Assembly: GCA_907165135.1 (NCBI GenBank)
Contig: OU015567.1
Coordinates: 7,626,001-7,690,000, forward strand
DNA from: Oikopleura dioica
Taxonomy: Eukaryota; Animalia; Chordata
Length of the DNA stretch: 64,000 nt
Reading direction: 5' to 3'
The notes below the pieces were generated by a model. That model was not told the origin of the DNA and ran no database searches. It saw only the letters and a program-made list of their open reading frames with translations. Made by a program: the position numbers and the translations under genes. Each line of letters opens with the position of its first letter. The stretch's first letter is position 1. Below are positions 1 to 10,229 of this stretch, in pieces.

Positions 1-427
1 CTAAAAGTCGCAATATGATGAGCTGAGGTGCCTTTTGCGCAAACGCCCGACGATTTCTCTGTCCAGCGATTGTCGAAATTTCAAGGTCTGGTCCAAGGGT
101 CGATTCTTCGTAAACTTCTCTCGATTTTTGGTGAAAAGTGGCGAAAGAATTATGTTTTTCTCAGTATTTTAGGTTTTCCCCGGCGTGCGTGCGTGGTTGC
201 GTGGGCGCGACTTTCGGCGCGTGGGTCGTGGTGGCGCTCGTGCGGTGGCGCTCGCTCGGGGTGGTGTTGGTGTGGTGCGGAAAATTCTCTGAGTGGAGTT
301 TCTCCGGCGGCGCGGTGGCGGTTGGTGATTCGGTTCCCCTCGACTCCGCTGACGGCCAATCAGCGTCCAAGTTGCGAAACTTCGGTTGTCGATGGCGGAA
401 AAATTTATCTTTTCTCCAACGGGACTA

Positions 428-692
428 CTCTGATACCACTGAAGGGATCCTAGCTTCTGCTGAATCTCCCACTTCTAGCGTAGTTTGCCTGCTCTCTATA
501 TCTGGACGAGTGAAGAAAACGAGTAAAGTATCTTTGACGTCTGTATTTCGAGCTGGAGTAAAATAGAGGTTAATTCACGAACTGCGTGAATTACCGAATG
601 GAGAGAAATACACGGCGGCGACCGAGCAAAGCTCGATCTAGATAAGCAAGTGACCTTAGGGGACGAGGGAGTCTAACGAATCTAAGATCCCA
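428..692 (-). mobile_element. Putative LTR retrotransposon 5' end (PBS plus ~250-bp LTR) in reverse orientation inside a midasin intron; internal region runs off the left edge
   Basis: 428-438 reverse complement is TGGTATCAGAG (classic tRNA-iMet-type PBS), 1 nt from a TG..CA-bounded segment 440-692 with imperfect terminal repeats (gggatcctagctt / gggatcttagatt). 1-427 reads as a low-complexity CA-rich leader on the minus strand. No second LTR or gag/pol in the window. Confidence 0.45.
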
Positions 693-696
693 ATAG

Positions 697-2985
697 GGAT
701 CAGCAAGACGAGTCAGAATTCAACGCGGACGAACAAGCGCAGCCGCCCCCTGAGAACTTCGAAACAGAAGCACCAGAAGTCGACGATGTTGATTTCGAAG
801 AAAAAGATGACGGTGAGAATCAAGACGAAGAATCAAAGCAGGATGATGATGATGGGATCGAACTTGACGATGCTCCGCCTGAAGGTGAGTTTTTAATTTG
901 ATTTTCATTGCTGAAGATTTTTTTAGGAATGAGTGATGCAGAGGGCGAAGAAGAAAACACTGATAACAACGAAAATAGCAAAGAAAATGAAGATCAAGAA
1001 GAGGAAGAAGATGCGGATGAAGGCGGAGACAAAACAGAAAACGCTGATGATGATCAGGAAAAGATTTTAGATTTACCCATTTTTGATATTCATTATTTTG
1101 AGTCATGGTTTCAAATCTCATGAAAAGACAACTGAAGATGATTTGAACAAAGATATTTCTGCTCCTCGTAAAGGCGAAACACCAATGGCCGAAAATCAGC
1201 AGAACCACGAGAGAGCAGCGGAAACTTGCGAAGCAACTGATATGGAGCAGGACAATGGAGATAACACTGGAGGCGAAGAGGCTTCTGGAGATCAGACTGG
1301 CGCATCGGAGGACAAATCTGATGGAACCAAAGGCAATCAGCAGACACAGGGTAACCTTTTTCTCCTTATCTTTGTTAATAATTCAAATTTTATGTTTAGT
1401 TGAGCGGCCAAAACCAAAAAGAGGCGATGAAAAATCATCAGATTCAGCTGAGCTGGAAAAACACGAAACAAAGGAAAAAGAGTCCCAAGTGGAAAATAAC
1501 GAAGAGGAGCCAGAAACTGGAGTTGAATTCGAGCGTGACAACGCTGCGAAAAAAGAAGTTCTTGACGAAGCAGAAGAAGGAACTCGGGAACAAATCGAAC
1601 GGATGGAAATCGAAGATGGGGAAAAAGAGCAAAAAGAGGAGCCGATGGAGGTGGAGCACGAGCCAAACTCGAAGCTTGAATCGAAGTCCGGTGAGAAAGT
1701 TGATGAGGAAAAGGTCAAACATTCGGAAAATGACGAAGACGAGAGCAATGAAACGGGAAATGAGGATGTCGAAATGCAGGAAGACAAGGAAGAGAGGGAG
1801 AATGTTATTATGACGAATCATTTGCAGAAAAGCTCGTTGGAGAAAAAGATGCGCGACTTGGAGAGCATCGAGCGTCACATCCCCGAATTGATCGGAATGA
1901 AGCCAGCTGGTGAAGAGGCGCAAATGGCGTGGAGAGGAATCAACATGCTCCAAGCGTCCCAAGCGCAGAGACTGGCGGAACAGCTACGCCTCATTCTTGA
2001 GCCGAAGAAAGCTTCTGCACTGAAAGGTAAAATTTCGTTAGTTACATTTCTTTACAATTGAATCAGGTGATTACCGAACTGGAAAGCGGCTGAACATGCG
2101 AAAAGTAATTCCGTACATCGCCTCCCAATTCCAAAAAGACCGTATTTGGCTGAGACGCACGAAACCGCGAAACAGAAATCACCAAATTGTGCTTGCTCTC
2201 GGTAAGGATCCAATTATTTTGTCAGAAATAACAGTTTGATTTCAGATGACTCGGAAAGTATGATCGACAACAAATCCAAAAAGCTGGCTTTCGAGTCACT
2301 GGCGTTGGTTTCCTCGGCGTTGAAGCTAATTGAAATCAAGAATTTGGGCGTTTTTCGCTTCGGTGCTGAAACAGAGTGCATACTTCAACTGGGTGACGAG
2401 TTGAATGACCAAGTAGGCACGGTTCTTTATCTTATCATAAATTTAAAAGAAGTAAGAATTATCAACGAAAAATTATCGGTAAAAAAAGATAAAAACCGTT
2501 ATAAAGGTGGACATATCATCAGCCGCTGCACATTTGAGCAACAAGCCACTGACATGGTGAAAATGCTGGATTTTGCTCGGAGGAGCTTCAGAGAAGCGGA
2601 CAGCGAAGGGGTCGCTAGCAAATTGCTGATTGTGATAACAGACGCGCAAGGCATTTTCAAACAGGGTCGGGAAGCCGTGGCCGATCAAGTCAAGCTTGCT
2701 CGCCAGCGAGGAATGATGGTGATGCTTGTCGTTGTTGACAATGGCGAAAAATCTATTACGGAAATCAGGGTAAGTTATTTTGGATCAGGAATTACAAATG
2801 TAATGAATCAATTTCATCGCTGTTTTCAGTCGGCAACGTTCAAAGATGGAAAAGTAAGCTGGAAGTCTTACCTTGACGATTTCCCTTTTCCCTACTATGT
2901 GATCTTGCGGAATGTGGAGAGGCTTCCGGAAGCGATCGCGAATGCGTTGCGGCAGTGGTTTGAAATTTTGGAGTCTGAATCTTGA
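697..2985 (+). CDS. MDN1: Midasin C-terminal part (acidic D/E-rich tail plus MIDAS/vWA domain), multi-exon, 5' partial
   Basis: Spliced translation gives a D/E-rich region, then LAEQLRLILEPKKASALKG-DYRTGKRLNMRKVIPYIASQFQKDRIWLRRTKP, DDSESM (MIDAS) and YLDDFPFPYYVILRNVERLPEAIANALRQWFE, all characteristic of the midasin C-terminus. Confidence 0.93.
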
Positions 2986-3243
2986 ATCTGGATTTCAAAA
3001 CTATCGATGATGGAAAACGAGCGCTGCTGGGCTCAGAAGACTTTTATATCACTAGAAGATATTTTAAACTGTACATATTCCGTATTTATTGATATATTAA
3101 AGTGAACTAGCCCTGCTTAAATTTTTTTTAATTTCTTCGAATAGGCATGCTTTTTGAATGCAACCACCGCAGGTAAATGATAAGAAAAACATCTTAGAAT
3201 GTGATAATTAATAATATATTGAAATGATTCGCTTGATATGCAA

Positions 3244-4404
3244 TTAAAACTGAGGATAATAGGGCAGTGCTCTGGAGCATAGTGGTGAAAATGGGAATGG
3301 AGTGATAGGAGCTCGGAATCCTGGGAAGAAGTATTCATATCGTGTTGTCTGCTTGGCATAGGCTCCATTCGTAAATCCAGGAATTGGGAAGTAGTTGACC
3401 ACCTCGTGAATCGACTCGTGGGGAGAGCTGAGAAAAGGACGAATATTTTCATCGAGGAGTGCATACAGGGCGTCCGCTTCATCCGATGGGTCACTTGCCT
3501 CGCACTCGTTCGAGATTTTATCGTCGTTGAACGAGAGGGCTTCTTCGCCGCTGTCTTGAGTGTCTGGGATGGACTGAAAGTTTCCATTGGGTTTATAATT
3601 AAAATAATGAAGTTACCTTTTGTTCGGTATTGAGCTGATTCGCAACCAAAGATGCTTCCAGAACGGGCAGCGGAGCTTCATCCTTTCCGATCGGCAATGC
3701 TTCAACGTCGACATCGGGGCAAGGGTCGGTTGTTGCAGGAGCGGAAATCTCGACTTTAGTGGTGATCTGGTCCACCTGCGCGCTGGTTCCAAGATTTGCA
3801 GTCTCATCTGGCTGAGTTGGCGAGGTCGCATCGAGCTACAAAAATAATTAAAGTCGTATTTATGGTTGATGAATTAAGTCGAGCATTATGCTGCATAATT
3901 AATGTTTACCGGTGAAAGAGCAGGGAGAGAACCAAGAATTTCCTTGAAGGAGACATCAGGCCGAGGAGTCGATGTTGGCACTCCCTTCAATTGTTCAAAT
4001 CCGTCGAATGACATCTCTGCTTTGAAGCTAGCGATGAGCTCTTTCTTTCGATTCTTGGGTTTTGGAAGCACTTCTGAGACGGATGAGTTGATCGTATCAT
4101 TCACGGTAGTCTCGTGGCCGGGTAAAGTCGAGCTGGTAGTCCCGTGAAGTAACGTCTCATCTTCCCTTGCTCGTTTCCGAAAACGGCCATTTTTGTAAGA
4201 CGGTCGTACCCAATTCTTTGAATCTCCTGTAGCAGCTCTTTCATTTTTAAACCAGTTAGATATCTGCCTCAACGGCTTGTCGAAGTGACTCGCGATTTCA
4301 CGTCTAGCTTCAACATCCGGGTATTTGTCTTCATTTTCGTAGTACTTCTTGAGGTAGTCCTTTTCGTAGTTGGTGAATGTGGCTCGCTTTGGCTTTCCGG
4401 TCAT
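3244..4404 (-). CDS. Divergent homeodomain protein (K50 type), 3 exons
   Basis: KPKRATFTNYEKDYLKKYYENEDKYPDVEARREIASHFDKPLRQISNWFKNER is a homeodomain with helix-3 WFKNER. GT-AG splicing joins acidic exons ending in PYYPQF* at 3244. Confidence 0.8.
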
Positions 4405-4752
4405 GATGCTGATTTGATTTAATCTGATTTCCAAGAAGAAAGGTCCCACTTTTGTATCATCTGGTGCTCGATTGATGGCGCTATTCCAGGAGTGGACTCG
4501 GTGGGTGAGCGCGGTACGGTTTTCGCCAAAAAGGGCACCTGTGCGCTGTTAGTTGACATGATATCAGTGATGTCCTGCTTTGAACGATTAGTTTAACAGC
4601 GCAATGCAACTGCAAAACACTGTCGCAAAAATTCAAGCTAAAATAATTTATGCAGTTTTCGTTTATTCAGATGAGAAATTGTATTTTTCGGTAGCAACGC
4701 TTTTAGTGAGTTAGAAAGACAATTGATATAATAAGCGTATTCTTATAAGTAA

Positions 4753-4885
4753 TTACTTGCGCGGGGATGAATGGTCCATTTTTGCAGGGATGAGTAACTT
4801 TCGATTCCATCTCAACCCGGGGGCATAGCGCTGGTAGCCCACAATTTTTCACTGTCTCACTGCGGTTTTTTGCTTGCGAGAGCTG
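4753..4885 (+). ncRNA. Candidate U4-like snRNA variant or pseudogene
   Basis: CTTGCGCGGGG (4756-4766) can pair with the conserved U6 segment CCCUGCGCAAG (stem II, one G-U pair). CAATTTTTCACTGTCTC (4842-4858) matches the U4 Sm-site region CAATTTTTGACAGTCTC at 15/17, preceded by a GGGC..GCCC hairpin. The stem I complement and kink-turn are not recognisable. Confidence 0.35.
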
Positions 4886-4951
4886 ATTTTACACTAGAAT
4901 TACAAGCCAACAGATAATTATCAACAAGAAAGAAGCCCAGAGACTGAGAAG

Positions 4952-5964
4952 ATGGGGAAAACGTCGCAGAAAATGTTCAATATTTTGAGCACAATTGAAT
5001 TTCTAATTCTGGGCGCTAGTTTGGGCCTTTCTATTTACATATTGACGTTGGCGCCAACAGTTGATAATGTCTTTTCAATTGTCGTTGTTGCTTTTACTGG
5101 GTAAGTTTTAGTTTTAGAAAAATTCAACCTTCAAACTCCATCTAGATTTGGAGTTATGGCCACACTTATCGGGGCGTTAGGAGCATGTGCAGAATCGCGT
5201 TGCCTTTTGAAGCTGAACGGAATGATGGGAATCATTTGTTTCATTTTATTTGCGATCATTGCTGTTCTTTCCGGGCTTTGGTACGGCGGAATCGATATCG
5301 TTCCAGGTAATATAATGATTACAAAGAGAAGCTGGCTTATGCAAGCACTTTTTAGAGTTTGATGTTGGGAACAAAAACTTTACGGAGCTATGTGCTAATT
5401 TCAACGAAACTGAGTTTGAAAAGACGCAAAACGACATTTTGTTGGAAGAAATCAGCAAGAACTTGGAAGATAATGAAGTTATCGATGAGGCCTCAGAATC
5501 AACCGTCACTGAGGCGGTTGCTGATGCCCAAGTTCAAGAACCAACAACAACAACTGTCAGCACGATCACAACTTTGAGCACAACGACAGAACTGGAAGTC
5601 GAAGAAAAACAACTTGATGTCGGCGATTCGTCAGTAACAACAACAACGTCGAGCGATAGTTCTACCGTCAGCACCACAACTTTATCAGATGAAGCCGGGG
5701 ATGACAAACCTGTTGATAATAGACTTTTGTATTACTATTGTGAACTTGAAGGTAATCATTCAAAGTTTAACAAACCTCAATAAAAAATTAGGTTTTATGC
5801 TGGAAATTATGTTCGGCCGCGCTGATCCAAACTCCGATTCGGACTCCGCCAAAATCATGCTCGCCATACTTATCATATCCTGCTGCGTATCTGTATTTTA
5901 TCTTCTTTCTTCATGCTTAGCTTTTTATGCCGCCAAAAATATCGACCGCTACAGTGGCTACTAG
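4952..5964 (+). CDS. Tetraspanin-like four-TM protein with Thr/Ser-rich large loop
   Basis: MGKTSQKMFNILSTIEFLILGASLGLSIYIL... then GVMATLIGALGACAESRCLLKLNG (tetraspanin TM2-TM3 pattern), a long E/T-rich loop and a fourth hydrophobic helix before SGY*. Four short GT-AG introns. Confidence 0.65.
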
Positions 5965-6225
5965 CTGTAGTTACAGTCGATATGAGCTTGCACAAATATA
6001 TCTCATTTAGTTCCGAAAAATATATGTTTTTTTCTGTACTTTTCTTTGCATTTCAATGTTAAAACCCAGCTTTACTTCCTCTTGTATCATTTTTATCAAT
6101 AAACTCAATGAACAAAATACAAATCATCTCTCAAAGTGGTAAAAGAGCAAAATATTTTATTCACATTATGTCAGACAAGGCAGAAAAGAATTGATTCGTT
6201 ATTTTTTTTTTGCATTTTTTGTTTT

Positions 6226-7831
6226 TTAAAAGATGTTCATTCCAGCCAATTTGGCATCGGAGGGTTCTCCACCTGGTTTGAGCTCGTCCAAAATAGCAAA
6301 GACAGCAGCTCTAAGGTCGCCCATGTTGACTTCCTTTGGCGCTCCGACTGGACCAGGGTTTCCAGGCATACCGGGAAGACCTCTTGGTCCCGGCTGACCT
6401 CGTTGACCAGTTGGACCGTTGTCACCAGTGTCTCCAGAGGCACCAGGGGGACCCTTGATACCTTGTTCTCCTTGAGGTCCTGTTACTCCTCGCTCTCCAT
6501 GAGCACCAGGTCGGCCCCAAAGACCAGGTTCACCCTTGGGTCCGACAACACCGGGGGTACCATCTTTTCCTGGAAGACCTGCGGGTCCCTCGGGACCTGC
6601 TGCACCTTGAGCGCCAGGCTCTCCGTCAGCTCCGACGTCACCATCTTCACCAGGTGGACCCTTCTCACCAGGAACACCAGCTTGACCAGGAGCACCAGGA
6701 CAACCGGTCGGGAGGGGGCACTGGCATTCGCAGTGAAGCGACTTCTGTGGTGGCTCTGGGCACTGGCTCTGACAAGAGTCAATGACGTCATGGATGGATC
6801 GCGCATCGTTGTACTCGTAGATGTCGTTGGAGTCGTTGTTGAGCATAGTCATAATTTCTGCTCGCTTGGAGCACTGTTCGACCTTTCGTTGGAAGTTCGA
6901 TTTTTGGCACTCTTCGATGGTTTTGAACTCTTCACCTCGTGTAACAGCGTGGAGCTCAACATCTGATCCAAGCTGACGGAGCTTTTGTTGAACGTCTCGT
7001 GGCTCGACGCTGGGATGGTTGTAACCGTCGGCAACAGTGACAAGGACTTTTTTGCTGTTAGGTCTGGCCTTGTTGAATTCAGAGATGGCTTCATCAAGAC
7101 CGTTGGTGACGTAGGTTCCCTCGGCGACAAAGTTCTCTGGGGACATTCCCTCGATGGCGGATTTGATGTCTTCGATGTTGTCAGCGAAAGAGATGACAGT
7201 CTCTTGGGATTTTGAGTATTGCACGATGGAGATTCGTGCCTCCTCGCTGCTCACGCCGATTTCCATCTTGATTTTAAATTAAAACTAAGTTTGCAAAAAA
7301 TAAACGTACATGGAATTTCTTCGCCAAAGCTTCAACGTAGGACACAACACCCTGCCAGATATCCCATCCGCAAGAGCACACATCAATCATGATGACAACG
7401 TCCAGATCGCACTTTGGAGCTGGCTCTTGTTGGCAATCACAAGTGCATCCTTAATAAAATCGTTAATAATTTTCCACGATTTTTTTGCAAGTACCGTCTT
7501 CTTGTTGCATAACAGCAGAGCATTCCTCTGGTGGCGGGCAGATTGGAACCTCTGGAGCCTCACATTCGTCATCTCCGTAGTTGATCTCAGGCTGTTCAGG
7601 TCTTGGACCTCTGTCTTGGACGGGCATGTCTTTGTAAGGATCATCTCCCATTGGCAGTTCATTGAAGTTGATGGTTGTTCGCCAGTTGTCCTGTACGCGA
7701 TTGACTCTCTGTCGACGGGATCCTCGTCGGAAAGCATCGCCTTCTTCTACCAAAAGGGCAGCGAGAAGACCCTGAAAAACATTAATCCCTCATCTGAATA
7801 AACTAAGAGTTACTACCTTGAACAGCTTCAT
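6226..7831 (-). CDS. Secreted vWA-domain short-chain collagen
   Basis: Signal peptide MKLFKGLLAALLVEEGDA, Cys/Pro-rich linker, vWA (DVVIMIDVCSC...ARISIVQYS...GTYVTNGL...KKVLVTVADG), 41 uninterrupted Gly-X-Y triplets and a short helical C-terminus. Confidence 0.85.
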
Positions 7832-8238
7832 TCTCTAATTTTCCGAGCTTCTGAGCTTGAGCCGGGCAAGGTTACGAGTGAAAGCGGCTTTGAAGTGAGC
7901 CGGATGAAAACATTTCTGAGATCGTAAAGCCAATTTTAGTACCAGCATCAACCTGCCAACATGCCGATCTGTCATTATTCGGACGAAAAGCACCAATTAG
8001 TCAATCAACATAAAAAATGAAAACGATGGTATTTGAACTTCTTCGGCGCTCGAACTTACTTGCTCATCGATAAATTTATTCTTATTCACTGATGAGTTCT
8101 TTTCTGCAGCAAAATGAATAGGAATAAGTCTAGGAAAACTAACAAGGCAAAAATAAAGTCATTCATAATTATTTATTGCTCATCTAACATCGCATGTGCA
8201 GTATCTTGGCAATTATTTCTCAGAGCGCAGATACGAGA

Positions 8239-9540
8239 ATGATCAGAAGATTCGCGGTGCTCATTTTTGCTTTTTCTAGCGCCTTCAGAAATGACAGAAA
8301 AGATTACACAGAATTTGCTTTCCGTGCGCAACTAACGATAAAAATCCCAGAACAACTCCCGGACCAGGACCTTGTCTCTACGACTGAGCCAACAACTTTG
8401 ATGACAAAAATTGAAGAAGAAACGACAAATAAAGAAAGCGAATTTGTTTCAACAACTAAAGACGTGGGGAAAGATGATTATTTTTTCATTTTTGCTCAAA
8501 AGCCACAACCGGTCTTAGGGTGGCCAATCGAATGGAAAACTATAGAAATGAGCTTCATCATGTCAGCTGAAGGAAATTTTGTCGATGATCGAAAGATTAA
8601 CGTTCCACCTTCTGATTCTGTTTACGGCTACACCGGAGGAAGCGTATGGTCATTTGTGAACGGAGAAGTTTACATTTTTGGCGGACTGGATGATCCGAAG
8701 TCTGAAGATCTCCTAGAAAATACGAAGAAGATTTCAAAGTTGGAAAATTGCGAGATACGTAGGACAAATAAGCAGCTCAAATTCGCAGTAAGTGGCGTCT
8801 CATTCATCATGGAGGTCCAAAATAAAGAAGGATCCAGAGGTGAGCGGAAGTTTTCTGCGAAACTATCAGTAAAAATTTGTTAATTAGCGCTAATTTGTGG
8901 CCATCAAAATCAGTGCGAAGAGTTTGATGGGAACTCTTCATCGCTAACACCACCACTAAAATATCAACATGCTGGAGGTTGTCTAGCTTATTATGATTCT
9001 TATCCGACTATTGTTGGTGGTCAAACATGGTGGGGATGGGGAAAGAAAGTTGAATCTCTAACTGGGCCTGGATGGGTGGAACTTACTTCTCATAAAAGGC
9101 AATAAACGAAGATTAAATAGTGAAAAAAATGAATTACAAGGAACCTGCATTCTCCCGGATGCATCAGCTTAGAGGGAACACTTTTGACTGTTGGTGGCTA
9201 TATTTCGAATGATGACTACGTCGACGATGTTTGGAGGCTCAAAAATTCCGAGTGGTCGCTTTCTGGACATCTGAACCATGTTTACTTTTTTATTCTTCGG
9301 AACAAGTATTGAAATAAAATTTAGGCTGTTGGGTACAACACACTTTTGAGCCATGGAAACTGGGTCTACTCTTTTCCTGGGTTTGTCTCGTCAGATCGTC
9401 AGAACAAGTTTGCAGTGGAAAAATTTCAGCTTGTCGAAGACACTGTTATCGCAGAGAGCGTGAAGTTCTATGGTGGTGACAAGGCGTTCGAATATCCATT
9501 TCCTCTAGTCTTACAAGTACCTCTTGACTTCTGTTTGTAA
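8239..9540 (+). CDS. Secreted kelch/beta-propeller-like protein with Thr-rich N-terminal stretch
   Basis: Signal peptide MIRRFAVLIFAFSSA and repeated GG-containing blades (VYIFGG, PTIVGG, LLTVGG) with downstream W residues. Four short introns including a GC-AG at 9099-9140. Confidence 0.6.
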
Positions 9541-9656
9541 ATAAATTATTCTCAACAAATTTATGACTTTGATTCTTCAGATATTCCTTCATTTCAAAAA
9601 AAACATTTCCATGCTGTAGAATAGCCTAATCTGAATCTTTCAAGCAGAAAAAGATG

Positions 9657-9680
9657 TGCCTTGACTGTGGATCGAACACA

Positions 9681-9724
<44 letters not shown>

Positions 9725-9729
9725 AAGGC
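9657..9729 (-). tRNA. tRNA-Phe (GAA)
   Basis: GCCTTGATAGCTCAGTTGGGAGAGCGTCAGACTGAAGATCTGAAGGTCCTGTGTTCGATCCACAGTCAAGGCA: cloverleaf, A and B boxes, anticodon GAA, followed by a TTTTT terminator. Confidence 0.97.
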
Positions 9730-9737
9730 GAAGGATA

Positions 9738-9811
9738 TGGCCAGTACGGGGATCGAACCCGCGACATTCGCGTTATTAGCACGACGCTCTAACCAACTGA
9801 GCTAACCGGCC
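9738..9811 (-). tRNA. tRNA-Ile (AAT)
   Basis: GGCCGGTTAGCTCAGTTGGTTAGAGCGTCGTGCTAATAACGCGAATGTCGCGGGTTCGATCCCCGTACTGGCCA: cloverleaf, anticodon AAT. Confidence 0.97.
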
Positions 9812-10229
9812 TGGAGAAGGGCGCAATTATTACGCTACTTATTCGACTTTTTTACGTAAACGAAAAAATAATCAAAAATTTGTCCAAATTTTATGCTGGC
9901 GTCTTTGATTTTCGCTATTTTGTCAAATGACAATGGCAATTTTGGTCAAAGAAAGAGAAAGTCTCAATTTTGAAATCTGGAAAGCCCGAATTCTCCGCGC
10001 GCCGCGATTGGTGCGAGGGAGAGATGAGCCATTTTTGGTGCGTTACTCAAAGTGACAAAAGCTTGCGCCATCGAGAATGTTCTGTCATCGCTTCAGTTTC
10101 AATTTGCCCCCGTGAATCATCACTGATAAAAACCCCCTGTTTCCCACTGCACTGCAAGACTTATTGAGTTCTTTTCATTCGAGAAAAAAGAGAAAACTTT
10201 TTAGATAAAAAAAGCAAGAGAATCTGATC

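Noticed and set aside
4543-4602. Hairpin closed by GCGCTGTTA/TAACAGCGC as a snoRNA or miRNA
   Set aside because: No convincing C/D or H/ACA boxes, and the interior pairing is too irregular for a pre-miRNA. It may simply be promoter sequence.
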